Source: the human T2T-CHM13v2.0 reference genome, Homo sapiens
Strand: one strand, 5' to 3'
Length of the DNA: 64,000 bases
Assembly (NCBI RefSeq): GCF_009914755.1
Contig: NC_060935.1
Below the pieces are notes generated by a model, which did not search any database, was not told where the DNA came from, and was given only the letters and a program-made list of their open reading frames with translations. Made by a program: the position numbers and the translations under genes. Positions within the stretch are counted from its first letter, which is position 1, and each line of letters starts with the position of its first letter. Positions 59,837 through 64,000 of the stretch are shown piece after piece.

Positions 59837-62800
59837 TTTCAATAGGTTTTTGGGGAACAAGTGGTGTTTGGTTACATGAATGAAATCTTTAGTGGTGATT
59901 TCAGAGATTTTGGTGCAGCCATCATCTGAGCAGTGTTACACTATACCCAATGTGTAGTCTTTTATCTCTTGCCACCCCCTGCCCTTTCCCCTGAGTCTCC
60001 AAAGTCCAATGCCTCATTCTTACGCCTTTGCGTCCTTATAGCTTAGCTCCTACGTGAGTGAGAACGTACAATGTTTGGTTTTCCATTCCTGAGATACTTT
60101 ACTTAGAATATTAGTCTCCAATTCCATCCAGATTGTTGCAAATGCCATTATTTTGTTTCTTTTTGTGGCTGAGCAGTATTCTGTGGGGTATATATATACC
60201 ACATTCTCTTTATCCACTGGCTGAATGATGGGCATTGGGTTGGTTCCATATTTTTGCCATTGCAATTTGTGCTGCTACAAACATGCGTGTGCAAGTGTCT
60301 TTTCCATATAATGCCTTCTTTTCCTCTGGGTAGATACCTAGTAGTAGAATTACTGGATCAAAGAGTAGATCTACTTTTAGTTCTTTAAGGAATCTCCACA
60401 CTGTTTTCCACAGTGGTTGTACTGGTTTACATTCCTACCAAAAGTGTAAAAGTGTTCCCTTTTCACTGCATCCCTGCCAACATCTATAATTTTTTAATTT
60501 TTTTATTATGGCCATTCTTGCAAGAGTGAGGTGGTACTGGATTGTGGTTTTGATTTGCATTTCTCTGATAATTAATGATGTTGAGCATTTTTCCATATGC
60601 TTGTTGGCCATTTGTGTATCTTCTTTTGAGAATTGTCTATTCATGTTCTTAGCCCACTTTTTGATGGAGTCGTTTGTTTTTTTCTTGCTGAATTGTAAGA
60701 GTTTGTTGTAGATTCTGGATATTAGTCCTTTGTTGGATGTATAGATTGTGAAGATTTTCTCCTACTCTGTGGGTTGTCTGTTAACTCCGCTGATTATTTC
60801 TTTTGCTATGCAGAAGGATTTTAGTTTAATTAAGTCCCGTGTGTTTATCTTTGTATTTGTTGCATTTGCTTTTGGGTTCTTGGTCATGAAGTCTTTACCT
60901 AAGCCAATGTCTATAAGGGTATTTCTGATGTTATCTTCTAGAATGGTTATGGTTTCAGGTCTTAGATTTAAGTCTATGATCCATCTTGAGTTAATTTTTG
61001 TATAGGGTGGGAGACGAGGATCCAGTTTCATTCTTCTACGTGGGGCTTTCCGATTACCCCAGCACCATTGGTTGAATAGGGCATCCTTTCCCTACTCTAT
61101 GTTTTTGTTTACTTTGTGAAAGATCAGTTGGCTGTAAGTATTTGGGTTTATTTCTGGATTTTCTCTTCTGTTCCATTGGTCTATGTGCCTATTTTTATAC
61201 CAGTGCAATGCTGTTTTGGTGACTGTGGCCTTATAGTATAGTTTGAGGTTGGGTAATGTGATGCCTCCAGATTTGTTTGTTTGCTTCCTCTTGCTTTGGC
61301 TATGCAGGTTCTTTTTTGGTTCCATATGAATTTTAGGATTGTTTTTTCTACTTCTGTGAAGAATGATGGTGGTATTGTGATGGGAATCACATTGAGTTTG
61401 TAGATTGCTTTTGGCAGTATGGTCATTTTCACAATATCGATTCTGCCCATCTGTGAGCATGGGATATGTTTCCATTTGTTTGTATCATTTGTTTGTAACC
61501 ATATCCTTGGTTAGGTGTATTCCTAAGTATTTTTTTTTTTTTACAGCTACTGTAAAAGGAGCTGAGTTCTTGATTTGATTCTTAGTGTGGTTGCAGTTGT
61601 TGTATAGCAGAGCTACTGATTTGTGTACATGAATTTTATGTTCTGAAACTTTGCTGTATTCATTTACCAGTTCTAGGAGCTTTTTGGATGAGTCTTTAGG
61701 GGTTTCTAGGTATATAATAGTATCATCAGCAAACACTGGCAGTTTAGCTTCCGCTTTACCAATTTGGATGCCCTTTATTTCTTTCTCTTGTCTGATTGTT
61801 CTGGCTAGAACTTACAGTGCTATGTTGAATAGAAGTGGTGAAAGTGGGCATCCTTGTCTCTTGTTCCAGTTCTCATGGGGGAATGCATTCCACTTTTCCC
61901 CATTCAGTATAATGTTGGCTGTGGGTTTGCCATAGATGGCTTTTATTACCTTAAGGTATGTCCCTTCTGTGCCAATTTTGCTGAAGATTTTAATCATAAA
62001 GGGACACTGGATTTTGTTAAATGCTTTTTCTGTGTCTATTGAGATGATTATGTGATATTTGTTTTTAATTCTGTTTATGTGGTGTATCACATTTATTGAC
62101 TTAACGTATGTTAAACTTGCATCCCTGGTATGAAACCCAGTTGATCATGGTGGATTATCTTTTTGATATGCTATTGGATTTGGTTCACTAGTGTTTTGTG
62201 GAGGATTTTTGCATCTGTGTTCATCAGGGATATTGGTCTATAGTTTTCTTATTTTGTTATGTCCTTTCCTGGTTTTGATATTAGGGTGATACTGGCTTCA
62301 TAGATTGATTTAGGGAGGATTCCCATCTTCTCTATGTTTTTGAATAGTGTCAATAGGATTGGTACCAATTCTTCTTTGAATGTCTTATAGAATTAAGCTG
62401 TGAATCCATCAAGATTTTAAAATTACCATTTCAATCCTGCTGCTTGTTATTGGTCTGTTAAGAGGTTCTATATCTTCCTGGTTTAATCTAGGCGGGTTGT
62501 ATATTTCCAGAAATTTATCCATCTCCTCTGGGTTTTCTAGTTTATGTGCATAAAGGTGTTCATAGTAGCCTTGAATAATCTTTTGTATTTCTGTGGTGTC
62601 AGTTGTAACATCTCCCATTTCTTTCTAATTGAGCTAATTTGTATCTTCTCTCTTCTTTTCTTGGTTAATCTTGCAAATGGTCTATCAATTTTATTTTTTC
62701 AAAGAATGAACTTTTTGTTTCATTTATCTTTTGTATTTTTTTTGTTTCAATTTCATTTAGTTCTGCTCTAATCTTCGTTATTTTTTTTTTCTGTTGGGTT

Positions 62801-64000
62801 TGGGTTTGGATTGTTCTTGTTTCTTCAGTTCCATGAGGTGTGACCTTAGATTGTCTATTTATACTCTTTCGTACTTTTTGATATAGGCATTTAATGCTAT
62901 GAGCTTTCCTCTTGGCACCATCTTTGCTGTATTTTAGAGGTTTTGATAGGTTGTATTACTATTATAATTCAGTTCAAACAATTTTTCAACTTCCATTTTG
63001 ATTTCATTGTTGACCCAACAATCATTCAGGAGCAGGTTATTTAATTTCCACATATTTGCATCGTTTTGAAGGTCCCTTTTGGAGTTGATTTCCAGTTTTA
63101 TTCCACAGTGGTCTGACAGAGTACTTGATATAATTTCGATTTTCTTAAATGTACTGAGACTTGTTTTGTGGCCTGTCATATGGTCTATTTTGGAGAATGT
63201 TCCATGTGCTGATGAATAGAATGTATATTCTGCTGTCATTGGCTAGAATGCTCTGTAAATATCTGTTAAGTCCATTTGTTGTAGGGTATAGTTTAAGTCC
63301 ATTATTTCTTTGTTGACTTTCTGTCTTGATGACTTGTCTAGTGCTGTCAGTGGAGTATTAAAGTTTCTCACTATTATTGTGTTGATGTTTATCTCATTTC
63401 TTAGGTCTAGTAGTAATTGTTTCATAAATTTGGGACTGCCATTGTTAGGTGCATATATGTTTAGGATTGTGATATTTTCCTGTTGGACTAGTCCTTTTAT
63501 CGTTATATAATGTCCCTCTTTGTCTTTTTTAATTGCTGTTGCTTTAAAGTTTGTTATGTCTGATATAAGAATAGCTACTCTTGCTTACTTTTGGTGTCCA
63601 TTTGCATGGAATATGTTTTTCCACCCCTTTACCTTAAGTTTATGAGAGTCCTTATTGTGTCAGGTGAGTCTCTTTTAGACAGCAGAAACTTGGTTGGTGA
63701 ATTCTTATCCATTCTGCCATTGTGTATCTTTTAAGTGGAGCATTTACGCCATTTACGTTCAGTGTTAGTATTGAGATGGGAGGTTTAGATCCATTGCTGA
63801 TGAACTGGTATAATATTTTGGGGGTGTTAAAGAACCTTGTTTTGTCATATTACCACAATTGTTTTTCTGGTTCCTTCTCATTTGGGTAGACTATGTCAGA
63901 GGGAAGATCTGGGATTCAAGTGCAGCTGATCAGATTCTTTTGTCTCATGGGGCGCTCCCTTGCTGTGATGGTCTTTCCCTTCCCCTAGGAATGGGTAGTT
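59837..64000 (-). mobile_element. L1PB (L1PB1-like): 3'UTR, fragmented ORF2 (EN/RT/C-terminal) and part of the ORF1 region; runs off the window
   Basis: tttcaataggtttttggggaac 3' end; minus-strand ORF pieces FADD (RT), TFSKIDH (EN), CWQGC..GTLLHFW, broken by stops and frameshifts. Confidence 0.92.

Noticed and set aside
60050-63425. Minus-strand ORFs resembling reverse transcriptase and endonuclease
   Set aside because: These are frameshifted, stop-interrupted ORF2 remnants of an old L1PB and cannot support retrotransposition.

Overview
AT-rich primate (human or very close hominid) genomic DNA from inside DYNC2H1, the cytoplasmic dynein-2 heavy chain (retrograde IFT motor), on the + strand. 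I reconstructed 29 consecutive coding exons between 1618 and 58657. They join in frame (4742 nt) with matching phases at every junction. 27 internal introns are GT-AG and one is GC-AG (35876-39386). From recalled reference numbering these are exons ~31-59 (c.4612-9353, residues ~1538-3118). They encode the end of the linker, AAA1-AAA4, stalk CC1, the microtubule-binding domain and the start of CC2. The introns hold about 17 Alu/FLAM elements, old L1M/L1MA/L1PB pieces, L2, MIR, MER5/Charlie, half a MADE1 and a THE1 solo LTR. Most of the ORF track is repeat-derived or random noise. I see no new self-contained biological system. The best leads are at the RNA-processing level: exon junctions that rebuild 5' splice sites, a GC donor with a competing GT, inverted Alu pairs around frame-symmetric stalk/MTBD exons, a (UG)10 tract behind exon 46, a strong intronic G4, and a tiny TSD-flanked orphan insertion. 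Exon numbers, repeat subfamilies and old-repeat boundaries come from memory or eye and are approximate.
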